Below, one piece after another: positions 31,921-47,183 of a stretch of 64,000 nt of DNA (positions within the stretch are counted from its first letter, which is position 1; each line of letters starts with the position of its first letter). This DNA is from an uncultured cyanobacterium (GTDB lineage Bacteria; Cyanobacteriota; Cyanobacteriia; PCC-6307; Cyanobiaceae). Location of the stretch: positions 109,629 through 173,628 of the forward strand of contig CAVXWZ010000005.1 of assembly GCA_963765575.1 (NCBI GenBank). Reading direction: 5' to 3'. The translations under genes and the position numbers were made by a program. The notes beneath the pieces were generated by a model. That model had not been told where the DNA came from. It saw only the letters and a list, made by a program, of their open reading frames with translations, and did no database searches.

Positions 31921-32018
31921 GGATCGGGCTGCACCGGAGCTTGCAACCAAATCTAGGGAGCGGCCGGCGGCGGTTGTTTGGCCGATGAAACAGGGCAGGA
32001 TGGGACCACGCAAGGCCT

Positions 32019-32735
32019 GTGATGCTCACCCCGGACCCGGCCCGCCTGGCTCGCTATGGCCTGTTGCGCAGCTATCTGCGCCAGACCCTGCTCGAGGAGC
32101 ATCTGGCCTCCGTGGAGCTGGATGACGAGGAGATCGAGGCGGCCAGGGCCCAGTACATGGAGGAGCGAGAGATCACCGATGGCCAGGAGCTGCAGGCCTA
32201 CGCCCGCAGCGAGGGTCTGGCAGCGGACGATCTGGACTACCGCATCACCTACCCGGTGCGGGTGTGGAAGTACTGCCAGCAGCACTTCGCCCCCAAGGCC
32301 GAATCGCGCTTCCTGGCCCGCAAGCAAAGCCTTGACCAGGTGGTCTATAGCCTGCTGCGCACCAGGGATCCGGGTCTGGCTCGGGAGCTGTTTCTGCAGG
32401 TGAGCGAGGGCGAGGCCGACTTCGGCGATCTGGCCGTCCGCTACGCCGAGGGCCCGGAGCGGGCCACGCGGGGCATCGTCGGCCCGGTGCCCCTGGACCA
32501 GGGCCATCCCGAGCTGGTGGGGCGCCTGCGGGCGGTGGAGCCGGGGGTGGTGCTGGAGCCGTTTGCGATCGAATCCTGGTGGCTGCTGGTGCGCCTGGAG
32601 AACCTCGTGCCCGCCAGCTTCGGGCCTGATGCCGCTGATGTCATGACCCAGGAGCTGCTCAACGAGTGGCTGGAGGACGAGGTGGACCGCCGCCTGCAGG
32701 ACCTGGCCCCCGGCCTGGTTCCGCTGCAGGCCTGA
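32019..32735 (+). CDS. PpiC/parvulin-type peptidyl-prolyl isomerase
   Basis: LDQVVYSLLR, ADFGDLAVRYAEGPE...GIVGP; the family that typically precedes cyanobacterial T1SS ABC genes. Confidence 0.85.
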   Translation: MMLTPDPARLARYGLLRSYLRQTLLEEHLASVELDDEEIEAARAQYMEEREITDGQELQAYARSEGLAADDLDYRITYPVRVWKYCQQHFAPKAESRFLARKQSLDQVVYSLLRTRDPGLARELFLQVSEGEADFGDLAVRYAEGPERATRGIVGPVPLDQGHPELVGRLRAVEPGVVLEPFAIESWWLLVRLENLVPASFGPDAADVMTQELLNEWLEDEVDRRLQDLAPGLVPLQA

Positions 32736-32752
32736 GTTCGCCAGCGCCGCCC

Positions 32753-35682
32753 ATGCCCGCCCTCGATCCCGCCACGGTTCTGCCCACCCTTGAGGGGCTC
32801 AGCGCGGGCCTGTGCGAGCGCCTGCTGGCCAGCGGCGAGCGGCGCCTTTACGCCCTCGGCCAGGCGCTCTGCCATGACGATCTGATTCCCTCAGACATCC
32901 TGCTGCTGCTCAGCGGCTCGGCCCGCCTGCTGGTGCGCGACGCCGGCGCCCTGCGCACCGCCGAGAAGCTGGGGCCGGGGGCCTGGGTGGGGCTGGCCTC
33001 GCTGCTGCGGGCCGCCCCCTGTGAGGAGGTGGCGGCGGCGGCTGAGCTTGAGGTGCTGGCGATCAGCGACGCCCGGGTGCTGGCCCTGCTCCAGGAAGAG
33101 CCGGAGTTTGCGGCCTGGTGCGCCGCCCGGCTGTTCGGCGCCGAGCTGCTGGCCCTGCTGGCGCTGCTGCTGGAGCGGCGGGCCCAGGCCGATGTGTCGC
33201 TGCTGAGCCTCTGGCGAGAGCTGGCACCGGCGGCCCGTTTGGTGCAGCCCACCCCCGAGGGCCTGGGCAGCCTCGCGCCCGAGGAGCGGCTGTTCGCCGC
33301 CAGCCACAACCTGGCGGAACACCCCCTGGCCAGTGAGCTGGATCGCCACCTGGCCGTGCCCAGGTCCAGGCCGCCGCTGCCGCCCCGGATGATCGCCCTG
33401 CCCGCCGGGCCGCTGCAGGCGGTGCTGACGCCGCTGATACCGCCGCAGGGCCAGCCCCAGGCCGCCGCTGGATCCCAGCTGGTGCCCGCTGCCGCAGCGC
33501 CGCTGGCCAGCGGCCTGGACCTGGGCCAGCGCGACCGCCCCGAGCTGGTGCTGGTGAGCGGCAACGGGCCGCTGGAGGAAACCCTGGCCTGCTTCCAGAT
33601 GCTGGCGGCCCAGCTGAAGCTGCCCTTCCGCCGCGACGCCATCGAGAAGATCCTGCGCGACGTGGTGCGCCGCGGCCAGACCCCGGACCTGCAGCTGTGC
33701 GGCAACATCGCCGCCATGATGGGCCTGCACGTGAGTGGCGTGCGCGTGCCGCCCCAGCTGGGCACGCGGCTGCAGGTGCCGGCCCTGGTGAACTGGAAGG
33801 GGGGCTTTGCCCTGGTGCGCGCCGCCGACGCCCGCGGCCTGGTGCTGGCCTCGCCGGTGGAGGGTTGGGTGGAACTCTCGCCGGAGGGGATCGAGGCAGC
33901 CTTCCCAGATGGCATCGACGTGTTGCTGCTGGAGCGCAGCAACACCACGCCTGAGCAGCGCTTCGGCTTCGGCTGGTTCTGGCCAGCGCTGCAGCGCTAC
34001 CGCGGCATTCTGCTGCAGGTGCTGCTGGCATCGTTCGTGGTGCAGCTGTTCAGCCTGGCCAACCCACTGCTGATCCAGGTGATCATCGACAAGGTGATCA
34101 GCCAGCGCAGCCTCGACACCCTGCAGGTGCTGGGCATCGCCCTGGTGGTGGTGACATTGATGGAGGGGGTGATCAGCGCCCTGCGCACCTTCCTGTTCAC
34201 CGAAACCACCAACCGCATCGACCTGCGCCTCGGCGCCGAGGTGATCGATCACCTGCTGCGACTGCCGCTCAGCTACTTCGACCGCCGACCGGTGGGGGAG
34301 CTGGGCACCCGCGTGGCGGAGCTGGAGAACATCCGTGAATTTCTCACTGGCCAGGCCCTCACGACCCTGCTGGACACCGCCTTCTCGGTGATCTACATCG
34401 CCGTGATGCTGATCTACAGCTGGCTGCTCACGATCATCGCCCTGTGTGTGCTGCCGATCCAGGTGGGGCTCACGGTGCTGGGGGCGCCCCTGTTCCGGCG
34501 CCAGTACCGCGCCTCCGCCCAGGAGAACGCCCGCACCCAGAGTCACCTGGTGGAGGTGCTCACCGGCATCCAGACGGTGAAGGCCCAGAACGTGGAGATG
34601 ATCAGCCGCTGGAAGTGGCAGGACCTCTACACCCGCTACATCGCCCGCAGCTTCGAGAAGACGATCACCGGCACGGCGCTGGTGGAAACCTCCCAGGTGC
34701 TGCAGAAGCTCTCCCAGCTGCTGGTGCTGTGGGTGGGGGCCTCCCTGGTGCTCAACGCCGAGATGACCCTGGGCCAGCTGATCGCCTTCCGGATCATCTC
34801 GGGCTATGTCACCCAGCCGCTGCTGCGGCTGTCATCGATCTGGCAGAACATCCAGGAGCTGAAGGTGTCCTTCGAGCGCCTGGCGGATGTGGTCGACACA
34901 CCGGAGGAGAGCAACGAAGCCGACCGCCAGAAGATCCCCCTGCCACCGATCGTCGGAGAGGTGGTGTTCCAGAACGTCACCTTCGCCTTTCCCGACACCA
35001 GCACCCAGGTGCTGCAGCACATCGACCTGCGCATTCCGGCCGGCACCTTCGTGGGGGTGGTGGGTCAGAGCGGCAGTGGCAAGAGCACGCTGATGAAGCT
35101 GCTCTCGCGCCTCTATGCCCCCAACGAGGGCCGGATCCTGATCGACGGCTGCGACATCGACAAGGTGGAGCTCTACTCCCTGCGCCGCCAGATCGGCATC
35201 GTGCCCCAGGAGCCGCTGCTGTTCAGCGGCAGCGTGGCCGAGAACATCGCCCTCACCGATCCCGATGCCGGCAGTGAGGCGATCATCCACGCCGCCCGCC
35301 TGGCCTGCGCCCACGACTTCATCATGGAGTTGCCGGGTGGTTACAGCGCCCCGGTGGGGGAGCGCGGGGCCGGACTCTCGGGCGGGCAGCGCCAGCGCCT
35401 CGCCCTGGCGCGCACCCTGCTCAGCCAGCCCCGGCTGCTGGTGCTGGATGAGGCCACCAGCGCCCTCGATTACGACACCGAACGGCGCGTCTGCAACAAC
35501 CTGCTCGACAACCTCAGCGACTGCACGGTGTTCTTCATCACCCACCGGCTGTCGACGATCCGCCGCGCCGATCTGATCGTGATGCTGCACGAGGGCGCCA
35601 TCGCCGAGGTAGGCCGCCACGATGAGCTGATCGAGCGGCGCGGTCGCTACTACGCCCTGTACCGCCAGCAGGAGGCCGGCTG

Positions 35683-35683
<1 letters not shown>
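32753..35683 (+). CDS. Type I secretion ABC transporter (cNMP-binding + C39-like + TM + ATPase), HlyB family
   Basis: GQSGSGKST, LSGGQRQR, LDEATSALD; N-terminal cNMP-like domain; C39-like domain without the usual DCG motif. Confidence 0.92.
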
Positions 35684-38506
<2,823 letters not shown>

Positions 38507-38636
38507 TCAATTTACTGAGCACTTTCAAGGCCTGCCCACCGGCCCTGGGGGATGCGTTGGGGGACCCCTGTGGGTTTCAGACCCGTCTTCCTGATGGGTC
38601 CGTCGCTGCTCCTGCTGAGAGGCCGGTGTCGCCCGC

Positions 38637-39125
38637 TCAATCCTCCAGCAGGCTGCGCAACATCCAGGCCGTTTTTTCGTGGATCTGCAGCCGCTGGGTG
38701 AGCAGGTCGGCGGTGGGCTGGTCGTTGGCCTGCTCGGCCACGGCGAACACGCTGCGGATGGTGCGGGACACGGCCTCATGGCCTTCCACCAGCTCGCGCA
38801 CCATCTCCAGGGCGGTGGGAATGCCGCTGCTTTCGGGCACCGACGACAGGCCGCTGTAGGTGCTGCCACCGAAGGGGGCGGGGCAGCCGAGGGCGCGGAT
38901 GCGCTCGGCGATCTCGTCGAGGGCGTTCCAGAGCTCGGTGTACTGCTCCATGAACATCAGGTGCAGGGTGTTGAACATCGGCCCGGTGACGTTCCAGTGG
39001 AAGCCGTGGGTTTTGGCGTAGAGCACGGTGCTGTCGGCGAGCACGCGGCCGAGGCCTGAGGCGATCTGCAGGCGCTGGTCTTCGGGGATGCCGATGTCGA
39101 TCGGGGGGGCGGTGACGGGGGCCAT
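38637..39125 (-). CDS. dps: Dps DNA-protection / ferritin-like protein
   Basis: KTHGFHWNVTGPMFNTLH, DEIAERIRALG, HEKTAWML. Confidence 0.96.
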   Translation of the reverse strand: MAPVTAPPIDIGIPEDQRLQIASGLGRVLADSTVLYAKTHGFHWNVTGPMFNTLHLMFMEQYTELWNALDEIAERIRALGCPAPFGGSTYSGLSSVPESSGIPTALEMVRELVEGHEAVSRTIRSVFAVAEQANDQPTADLLTQRLQIHEKTAWMLRSLLED

Positions 39126-39191
39126 AGCTGGCTAACTCGTAGTGATTCCGTTTTAGCGCGTCAGGGGGGAATCGGTAAAGCTCCCTCCCGC

Positions 39192-41019
39192 TCAGGCCTC
39201 CTCCTCCTCCACCCAGGTGCTGGCCACGTGCAGCTCCTGCAGCTGCTGGTCGGCCACCCCGGCGGGGGCCTGGGTCATCAGGCAGCGGGCCTGCTGGGTT
39301 TTCGGGAAGGCGATGGTGTCGCGGATCGACTCCTCCCCCGCCAGCAGCATCACGATGCGGTCGATGCCGTAGGCCAGGCCTCCGTGGGGCGGGGCGCCCA
39401 GGTCGAGGGCCTCCATCAGGAAGCCGAACTGGCGCTCGGCCTCCTCCAGGGGCAGGCCGATCGTCTGCAGCACCTGGCGCTGCAGGGCCGAATCGTGGAT
39501 GCGCAGGGAGCCGCCGCCCAGCTCCAGGCCATTGAGCACCAGGTCGTAGGCCTGGGCGCGGGCGCCGGGCAGGGTGGTGGCCCAGGCGGCGGGGTCGTCG
39601 CCGAGGTCGGCGCTGTTGGGGGCGCAGAAGGGGTGGTGCAGGGCTTCGAGGCGGTTTTCGCCGGCGTTGAACTCGAACATCGGGAAATCCACCACCCAGA
39701 GGAAGTTCCAGCTGCTGTTCTCCCGCTCGGGCTGCACCAGCTCCAGCTCGCGGGCCAGGAACTGGCGCACCCGATCGAGGGCCTTGTTCACCGTGGCGGT
39801 GTCGCCGGCGCCGAACAGGATGAGGCTGCCGGGTTCCGCACCGGTGCGCTGCAGCAGCTCGGCCTTCTTGTCCTCGCTGAGGTTGTCCTTGATGGCGCCG
39901 ATGGAGTCGATCTCGCCGCCGTCGCGCACGCGGATGAAGGCCAGGCCGCCGGCGCCGGCCTTCTGGGCTTCGCTGAACACATCGCCGCCCGGCTTGATGC
40001 GCACGTTGCTGATGGCGTCATTGCCGCCGGGCACGGCGATGCACTTCACGGCGCCGCCGGCGGCCACGGCGCCGGAGAACACCTTGAAGCCCATGTCGGC
40101 CACCAGATCGCTCACGTTGGTGAGCTCCATGCCGTAGCGGGTGTCGGGCCGGTCGGTGCCGTAGCGCTCCATGGCCTCGTGCCAGCTGAGGCGCGGGAAG
40201 GGCCGGGGCAGCTCCACGCCCTTCACGGCCTGCCAGATGGCTGGCGATCAGGGCTTCGTTGAGCTCGAGGATCTCCTCCTGGCCCATGAAGCTCATCTCG
40301 ATGTCCAGCTGGGTGAACTCCGGCTGGCGGTCGGCGCGCAGGTCTTCGTCGCGGAAGCAGCGGGCCACCTGGTAGTAGCGCTCGAGGCCGCCCACCATCA
40401 GCAGCTGCTTGAACAGCTGGGGCGACTGGGGCAGGGCGAACCACTCGCCGCCGCAGACGCGGCTGGGCACCAGGTAGTCGCGGGCGCCCTCGGGGGTGGA
40501 GCGGGTGAGCACCGGCGTTTCCACCTCGATGAAGTCCTGCTCTTCGAGGAAGCGGCGGGCGGCCTGGATCGTGCGGGCGCGCAGGCGCAGGTTGCCGTTC
40601 ATGCGCTCGCGGCGCAGATCCAGATAGCGGTGGCGCAGGCGCAGCTCCTCGCGGGTGTTCTCCTCGTCGTGCACCGACACGGGGAAGGGCAGGTTGGCCT
40701 TGACGCTGTTGAGCACGGTGATGGCGCCTGCCAGCACCTCCACCGCGCCGGTGGCCAGCTTGGTGTTGACCGATTCGGGCGGCCGCTGCCGCACCCGGCC
40801 GCTCACCTGGATCACGGTTTCGTTGCGCAGGTGCTCGGCCGCGGCGAAGGCCTCAGCCCCCTGGTCGGGGTCCACGGTGATCTGCACCGTGCCGCTGCGG
40901 TCGCGCAGGTCGATGAAGATCACACCGCCGTGGTCGCGGCGCCGGTCCACCCAGCCGCAGAGCTGCACCTCCTGGCCGCTGACGTTCTGGAGCAGGTCGC
41001 CGCACCCGTGGCTGCGCAT
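39192..41019 (-). CDS. aspS: Aspartate-tRNA ligase, frameshifted near 40242
   Basis: [52 protein letters not shown]; removing one base gives ...[11 protein letters not shown]. Confidence 0.96.
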
Positions 41020-41067
41020 GCCGAAGATCCCTGAGCAATCGGCGATTTTCCCATCCGGTCGCCCGGA

Positions 41068-41125
41068 GCGCGTCAGGCGCGGCTGTTCTGCGCGTCAGGC
41101 GCGGCTGTTCTGCGCGTCAGGCGCG
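41068..41125. repeat. 22-bp tandem repeat (2.6 copies) spanning the gcvT stop codon
   Basis: GCGCGTCAGGCGCGGCTGTTCT at 41068 and 41090, partial copy at 41112. Confidence 0.92.
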
Positions 41126-42226
41126 CCGATAGAAGGGCCGCTTCACCACCAGGGCCGGTTCGGCCTTGCCGCGGATCTCCACGGCCAGCTCGGTGCCGGG
41201 GCGGGCGGCATCCGTGGGCACGTAGGCCAGGGCGATCGCTTCGCCCAGGCTGGGCGACCAGGTGCCGCTGGTGACCTCCCCCACCGGCTCGCCATCCCGC
41301 AGCACCGGGTAGCCGTGGCGGGCAATGGCGCGGCCCTGCAGCTTCAGGCCCACCAGCCGGCGGCTCACGCCTGCGGCGCTCTGGTGCTCCAGCACGGCCC
41401 GGCCCACAAAGGGCTTGGGCATTTCCAGGTGCACCAGCCAGCCCAGCCCCGCCTCCAGGGGAGTGGTGTGGCTGTCCATCTCCTGGCCGTAGAGGTGCAT
41501 GGCGGCCTCCAGGCGCAGGGTGTCGCGGGCGCCGAGGCCACAGGGGGTGACACCGCTCTCCAGCAGTTGCTGCCAGAGGGCGATGCCCGCGGCGCGGCTC
41601 AGCAGCAGCTCGAAACCGTCCTCGCCGGTGTAGCCGGTGCGGCCCACGAAGGCGGTGCAGCCGGCGAGGTTGAGCTCCCGGTGGCCGAAGCGGGGCAGGC
41701 TTTGCAGGCTGGTGCCGCTCAGGGCCTCCAGCCGCGCCTGGGCCTCCGGGCCCTGCAGGGCCAGCAGCACGCCGTCGCCCTTGCGGTCGGTGATGCTGAT
41801 GCCCTGGGGTTCGAGCTGGCTGCGGATCCAGGCGGTGTCCTCAGCGGCGCAGGCGGCGTTGATCACCAGCACCAACTCATCGCAGGTCTCAGCGGCGGCG
41901 TCAGCCTGGCGGCCCCGGTCGTAGACGATCAGGTCGTCGCGGATGCCGCCGGCCTCGTTGAGCAGCACCGTGTAGCAGGCCTCGCCGGGACCGATGCGGA
42001 ACAGGTCGGTGGGCACCAGGCCCTGCAGGGCGTCCTTGGCGCCGTCACCGCGCAGGGTGAGCACGCCCATGTGGGAGATGTCGAACAGCCCGCAGTGCTG
42101 CCGCACCGCCTGGTGTTCGGCCACCAGACCCGAGAACTGCACGGGCATCTCCCAGCCGGCGAAGGGCACGAGCCGGCCCCCCGCGGCCTGGGCGGCCTCA
42201 AACAGGGGAGTGCGCAGGAGGGCCAC
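41117..42226 (-). CDS. gcvT: Glycine cleavage system T protein
   Basis: LRTPL, FAGWEMPVQF, LFDISHMG, RTGYTGEDGFE, GLGARDTLRLEA. Confidence 0.97.
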   Translation of the reverse strand: MALLRTPLFEAAQAAGGRLVPFAGWEMPVQFSGLVAEHQAVRQHCGLFDISHMGVLTLRGDGAKDALQGLVPTDLFRIGPGEACYTVLLNEAGGIRDDLIVYDRGRQADAAAETCDELVLVINAACAAEDTAWIRSQLEPQGISITDRKGDGVLLALQGPEAQARLEALSGTSLQSLPRFGHRELNLAGCTAFVGRTGYTGEDGFELLLSRAAGIALWQQLLESGVTPCGLGARDTLRLEAAMHLYGQEMDSHTTPLEAGLGWLVHLEMPKPFVGRAVLEHQSAAGVSRRLVGLKLQGRAIARHGYPVLRDGEPVGEVTSGTWSPSLGEAIALAYVPTDAARPGTELAVEIRGKAEPALVVKRPFYRRA

Positions 42227-42411
42227 GGTGCCGGAAGGCGGTTGGGCCGAGGTTATTGGAGCTGCTGGGCCGGAGTCTGCCGGCGCTGGATGACGGGAAA
42301 ACGGGTCTGGAGCGAAAACAATTGGAAGAAAGGGGTGAGCACGGCAGCAGACCCCTGTCAAGACCCCTATGGTTTGCGGCCTGGGTCACACCGTCCGGTT
42401 CCAGCCCTCCG

Positions 42412-42666
42412 ATGCCCCACCGCCCCACTTGCCGCAGCTGCACCCATTGCGCCGTCCCCCAGGGCAGCGGTGGCGGGTGGTGCCGGCTGCGGCAGTTGGC
42501 GATCCACGCCGAGATCGCCGGTGAGCTGTGGTGCCACCACTGGACCGCGCGCTCCCCGCGGCTTCCCGCCACCCAGTCCGCCGGTGGCGCTTCGGGTGGT
42601 TCAGAGGCTCCGGGCCGCTGCCGCCAGCTGAGCCTGGAGATGGTGCTGCCCCAGCTTCAGGACTAA
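42412..42666 (+). CDS. Small Cys/His-rich hypothetical protein
   Basis: CRSCTHC...WCRLR...WCHHW. Confidence 0.7.
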   Translation: MPHRPTCRSCTHCAVPQGSGGGWCRLRQLAIHAEIAGELWCHHWTARSPRLPATQSAGGASGGSEAPGRCRQLSLEMVLPQLQD

Positions 42667-42780
42667 ATCGGGGGCCCGAGTCTGCCGTCGCCAGCCGTGC
42701 TCATGATTGGGCAGAGCGGCTGGTTGTTCCTAACATTCGGCACAGCCCATTCGCCGCCGCCCGACTTGCTCATCACCCCT

Positions 42781-43164
42781 GTGCTCAATGCCGCCGTCGA
42801 TCTGATGGCCATACAGGTGGAGACTGAGCGCCTCACCCTGCCCACCGGTGCCTGCGTTTTCGAGCAGGGCATGGGTGCCGACTCCATCTATGGCATCCGA
42901 AGGGGCATCGTCGAACTGATCGGCACTGAGGGCGAGAAGCTCAGCTACCGCCCCGGCGAGCTGTTCTGCTACCAAGACATTGTCTGGGGCCTGGGCCAGC
43001 ACCGCAGCACCGCCATCGCCCGCACGCCGATTGAGATTGTGCGGTTGGAGCGGCTCTGCTTTCTCAACCTGCTGCACAACCACCCCACCCTGGCCGTGCT
43101 GTTGATCGGCCAGCAGCACGAGCGCCTGCGGGAGCAGCGCACCAGCGGCACCTGTTGCTACTGA
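42781..43164 (+). CDS. Stand-alone cyclic-nucleotide-binding (Crp-like) domain protein
   Basis: VFEQG...IYGIRRGIVEL...PGELF...RSTAIARTP; no C-terminal HTH. Confidence 0.8.
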   Translation: MLNAAVDLMAIQVETERLTLPTGACVFEQGMGADSIYGIRRGIVELIGTEGEKLSYRPGELFCYQDIVWGLGQHRSTAIARTPIEIVRLERLCFLNLLHNHPTLAVLLIGQQHERLREQRTSGTCCY

Positions 43165-44033
43165 GCTCCCAGCAACAGCAGCAGGCTGCGCGCCACCTTG
43201 GCGGCCAGCACACTGCTCACCCCGCTGGGGTCGAGCTGGGGGGCCAGTTCCACCACGTCGGCAGCCACCAGGTTGTGGTGGCGCAGCTCCTTCACCAGGG
43301 CGGCGAAATCGCGCCAGTGGAAGCCGCCCGGTTCGGGGGTGCCGGTGCCGGGCATCACCGCCGGATCAAACCAGTCCAGATCCACGGTGAGATAGAGGGG
43401 CTGGCCGCGCAGGGGACGCAGGGCTTCCGCCAGGCGCTCGATCGCCACCAGCCGGCCGCTCTGGCGCAACTCGCCAAACTCGTCGCGGCTGCCGCTGCGG
43501 ATGGCGATCTGCAGCAGCCGGCCGCTGGGCAGCACCTCCAGGCAGCGGCGCATGGCGCAGGCATGGCTGTGGTGGGCGCCGAGCCACTCCTGGCGCAGGT
43601 CGGCGTGGGCGTCGAGCTGCACCAGCACCAGATCGGGGTGCCGCTGGGCCACCGCCGCCACGGCGCCGGAGCTGATCGAGTGCTCGCCACCCAGCATCAG
43701 GGGCTTCAACCCCAGGGCCAGCACGGCCTCCGTAGCCCGGCGCACGGCCGCCACCACGGGCTCCGGGGCGCCGAAGGGAATCGCCACAGCGCCCAGATCG
43801 GCGAAGGCCAGATCTTCCAGGTCCAGATCCAGCTGGGGGCAATAGGTTTCCAGGCCGCTGCTCACCTCGCGGATCGCCGCCGGCCCGAAGCGGGTGCCGG
43901 GGCGAAAGGAGGTGGTGCCGTCGTAGGGCACTCCGAACAGGCCCACCCGGCAACCGGCCGGATCGCGGCGGCTGGCCATGTAAATGGCGCCGTCGGTGTC
44001 GAAGCGATCGGGGCTGGGATGGTGCTCGCTCAT
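43158..44033 (-). CDS. speB: Agmatinase
   Basis: RPGTRFGP, GGEHSIS, DAHADLR, DLDWFDP, PGTGTPEPGG. Confidence 0.95.
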   Translation of the reverse strand: MSEHHPSPDRFDTDGAIYMASRRDPAGCRVGLFGVPYDGTTSFRPGTRFGPAAIREVSSGLETYCPQLDLDLEDLAFADLGAVAIPFGAPEPVVAAVRRATEAVLALGLKPLMLGGEHSISSGAVAAVAQRHPDLVLVQLDAHADLRQEWLGAHHSHACAMRRCLEVLPSGRLLQIAIRSGSRDEFGELRQSGRLVAIERLAEALRPLRGQPLYLTVDLDWFDPAVMPGTGTPEPGGFHWRDFAALVKELRHHNLVAADVVELAPQLDPSGVSSVLAAKVARSLLLLLGAQ

Positions 44034-44057
44034 CAAGCCAGTCTCCGCCCGGGACCC

Positions 44058-45449
<1,392 letters not shown>

Positions 45450-45469
45450 ATGGTTCCCCACGTAGTCCC

Positions 45470-45799
45470 ATGACCCGTCGCTTGCACCTGGCCCTCGGCG
45501 TTCACGACATCGCCGCAGCGGTGGACGACTACTGCAGGCGGCTGGGCTGTCCGCCCGAGGTGCACGTGATCGGGGAGTACGCCCTCTGGCGCACCCCGGC
45601 CCTGAATCTCTCCATTCGCCGCTGCGAGCCGGAGCTGGCTGGTCGGCTGCGCCACCTCGGCTGGGAGGACCCGGCCGCCGAGTCCTTCTCCCAGGACGTG
45701 GATGCCAACGGCATTGTCTGGGAGCGGTTCAGTGCCGAGCAGCAACGCCAGGAGATCAGGGAGCTCTGGCCTGAGGCCCTTCCCGATCAGGAAGGCTGA
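45470..45799 (+). CDS. VOC/glyoxalase-fold protein
   Basis: RLHLALGVHDI, LRHLGWED, DANGIVWE. Confidence 0.75.
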   Translation: MTRRLHLALGVHDIAAAVDDYCRRLGCPPEVHVIGEYALWRTPALNLSIRRCEPELAGRLRHLGWEDPAAESFSQDVDANGIVWERFSAEQQRQEIRELWPEALPDQEG

Positions 45800-46659
45800 G
45801 GGCCCTGGTGAGGCCCCTGGCCGGCTTTGGCTTCCGCCTCGGCGCGGATCGCGGTCTTGGCCTGCCGCCACAGAGCCTCCAGTTCAACGATGTTGCGGCC
45901 GCCGAGATCACCGCCCAGGGCGGCTTCGACGCGGGAGAAGCGATCCAGAAAGCGCTGGTTGGTGCCGGCTAGGCCGGCTTCCGGATCGAGCTCGCACCAG
46001 CGGGCCACGTTCACCAGGGTGAACAGCACATCGCCGAGCTCCTCCTGGGCGTGGGACCGGTCGCCGCTGGCCACGGCCTCCTGGAGCTCGCCCAGCTCCT
46101 CCTGCACCTTCTCCCACACCCCGCCCAGGTCGTCCCACTCGAAGCCGGCGGCGGCGGCCTTTTTGGAGATGGCCATGGCGCCGGCCAGGGCGGGTTGGCC
46201 GCGCACCTTGCTGGCAAGGCGATCGCTGAGTGGGCTTGCCGTTGCGCTGGCCTGGGCTGCTGCCCTGGCGCTGGCCTCCTCGGCCTTGATCGCCTCCCAG
46301 CTGGCGCGCACGGCGGCGCTGTCGCTCGCCTCGGCGCCGGCGAACACGTGGGGATGGCGGCGGATCAGCTTGGCGCTGAGGCCCCGGGCAATCACCCCCA
46401 GATCGAAGCGGCTGGCCTCGCTGGCGATCTGGGCGTGCAGCACCACCTGCAGCAGCAGGTCGCCCAGTTCTTCGCTGAGGTGGGTGTCATCGCCGTGGCG
46501 GATGGCATCGGCCACCTCATGGGCCTCCTCCAGCACGTAGGGCACCAGGGAGGCGTGGGTCTGCTCGAGGTCCCAGGGGCAGCCGCTGGCGGGATCGCGC
46601 AGCCGCGCCACCACGGCGATCAGCTCGGCCAGGGCGCGCAGGGTGGGATCGGCGCTCAT
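45787..46659 (-). CDS. mazG: Nucleoside triphosphate pyrophosphohydrolase
   Basis: GCPWDLEQT, EEAHEV, EELGDLLLQV, KLIRRHPHVF. Confidence 0.96.
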   Translation of the reverse strand: MSADPTLRALAELIAVVARLRDPASGCPWDLEQTHASLVPYVLEEAHEVADAIRHGDDTHLSEELGDLLLQVVLHAQIASEASRFDLGVIARGLSAKLIRRHPHVFAGAEASDSAAVRASWEAIKAEEASARAAAQASATASPLSDRLASKVRGQPALAGAMAISKKAAAAGFEWDDLGGVWEKVQEELGELQEAVASGDRSHAQEELGDVLFTLVNVARWCELDPEAGLAGTNQRFLDRFSRVEAALGGDLGGRNIVELEALWRQAKTAIRAEAEAKAGQGPHQGPQPS

Positions 46660-47180
46660 CGGCCGGGGCCTCGGGGGCGGAACTGGGAGCGGCGACGCCG
46701 CAGCAACCTGGGCAGCCGCGGCATCGGGTCGCCATCCTGGATCAGGTGCAGCCAGCTGCTGGCCTCCAGCCCCACCAGCGCACTCAGCACCAGCGGGCGC
46801 TGCTCGCGCCACAGGTGCCCGGCCCAGCCCAGCAGCTCCTGGGGCGGTGGCCCCCCGAAGGGAGACAGCAACGCCGCCAGGCCCAGGGCCAGCAGCGCCA
46901 GGTAGGCCAGGCGTCCAGCCGTGCCCAGCAGCGGACTGTGGGAGAGCAGTGAGCGGTGCGCCAGCCCCTTGCGGTAGGGCCACCAGAGCAGCCGCAGCGG
47001 GCCCCAGCGACGGGTGGCGTTGGAGCGGGTGTCGAGGTCGGGGGAGAGCAGCAGGCCGCCCACCAGAAAGCTGAGCCCGGCGCTGCCCATCCCCGCCAGG
47101 CCCAGACCCGGCGCCCACAGCAGCGCGAAGGGCAGGGCCAGCAGCCAGGTGGCGCGGTCGTGGCTGCGGCCGCTCGCCAC
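46656..47180 (-). CDS. DUF2227-type metal-binding membrane protein
   Basis: MASGRSHDR, LLSPDLD, HRSLLSH, WLHLIQD. Confidence 0.85.
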   Translation of the reverse strand: MASGRSHDRATWLLALPFALLWAPGLGLAGMGSAGLSFLVGGLLLSPDLDTRSNATRRWGPLRLLWWPYRKGLAHRSLLSHSPLLGTAGRLAYLALLALGLAALLSPFGGPPPQELLGWAGHLWREQRPLVLSALVGLEASSWLHLIQDGDPMPRLPRLLRRRRSQFRPRGPGR

Positions 47181-47183
47181 CGC

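Noticed and set aside
39192..41019. aspS, valS and speE as pseudogenes or programmed frameshifts
   Set aside because: aspS and valS are essential, the sequences are otherwise undecayed, and there is no shared slippery motif; sequencing indels are more parsimonious.
41068..41125. Tandem repeats as a possible CRISPR array (also 52181-52221 and 9232-9267)
   Set aside because: Units are contiguous with no spacers, there are at most 3 copies, and no cas genes are present.
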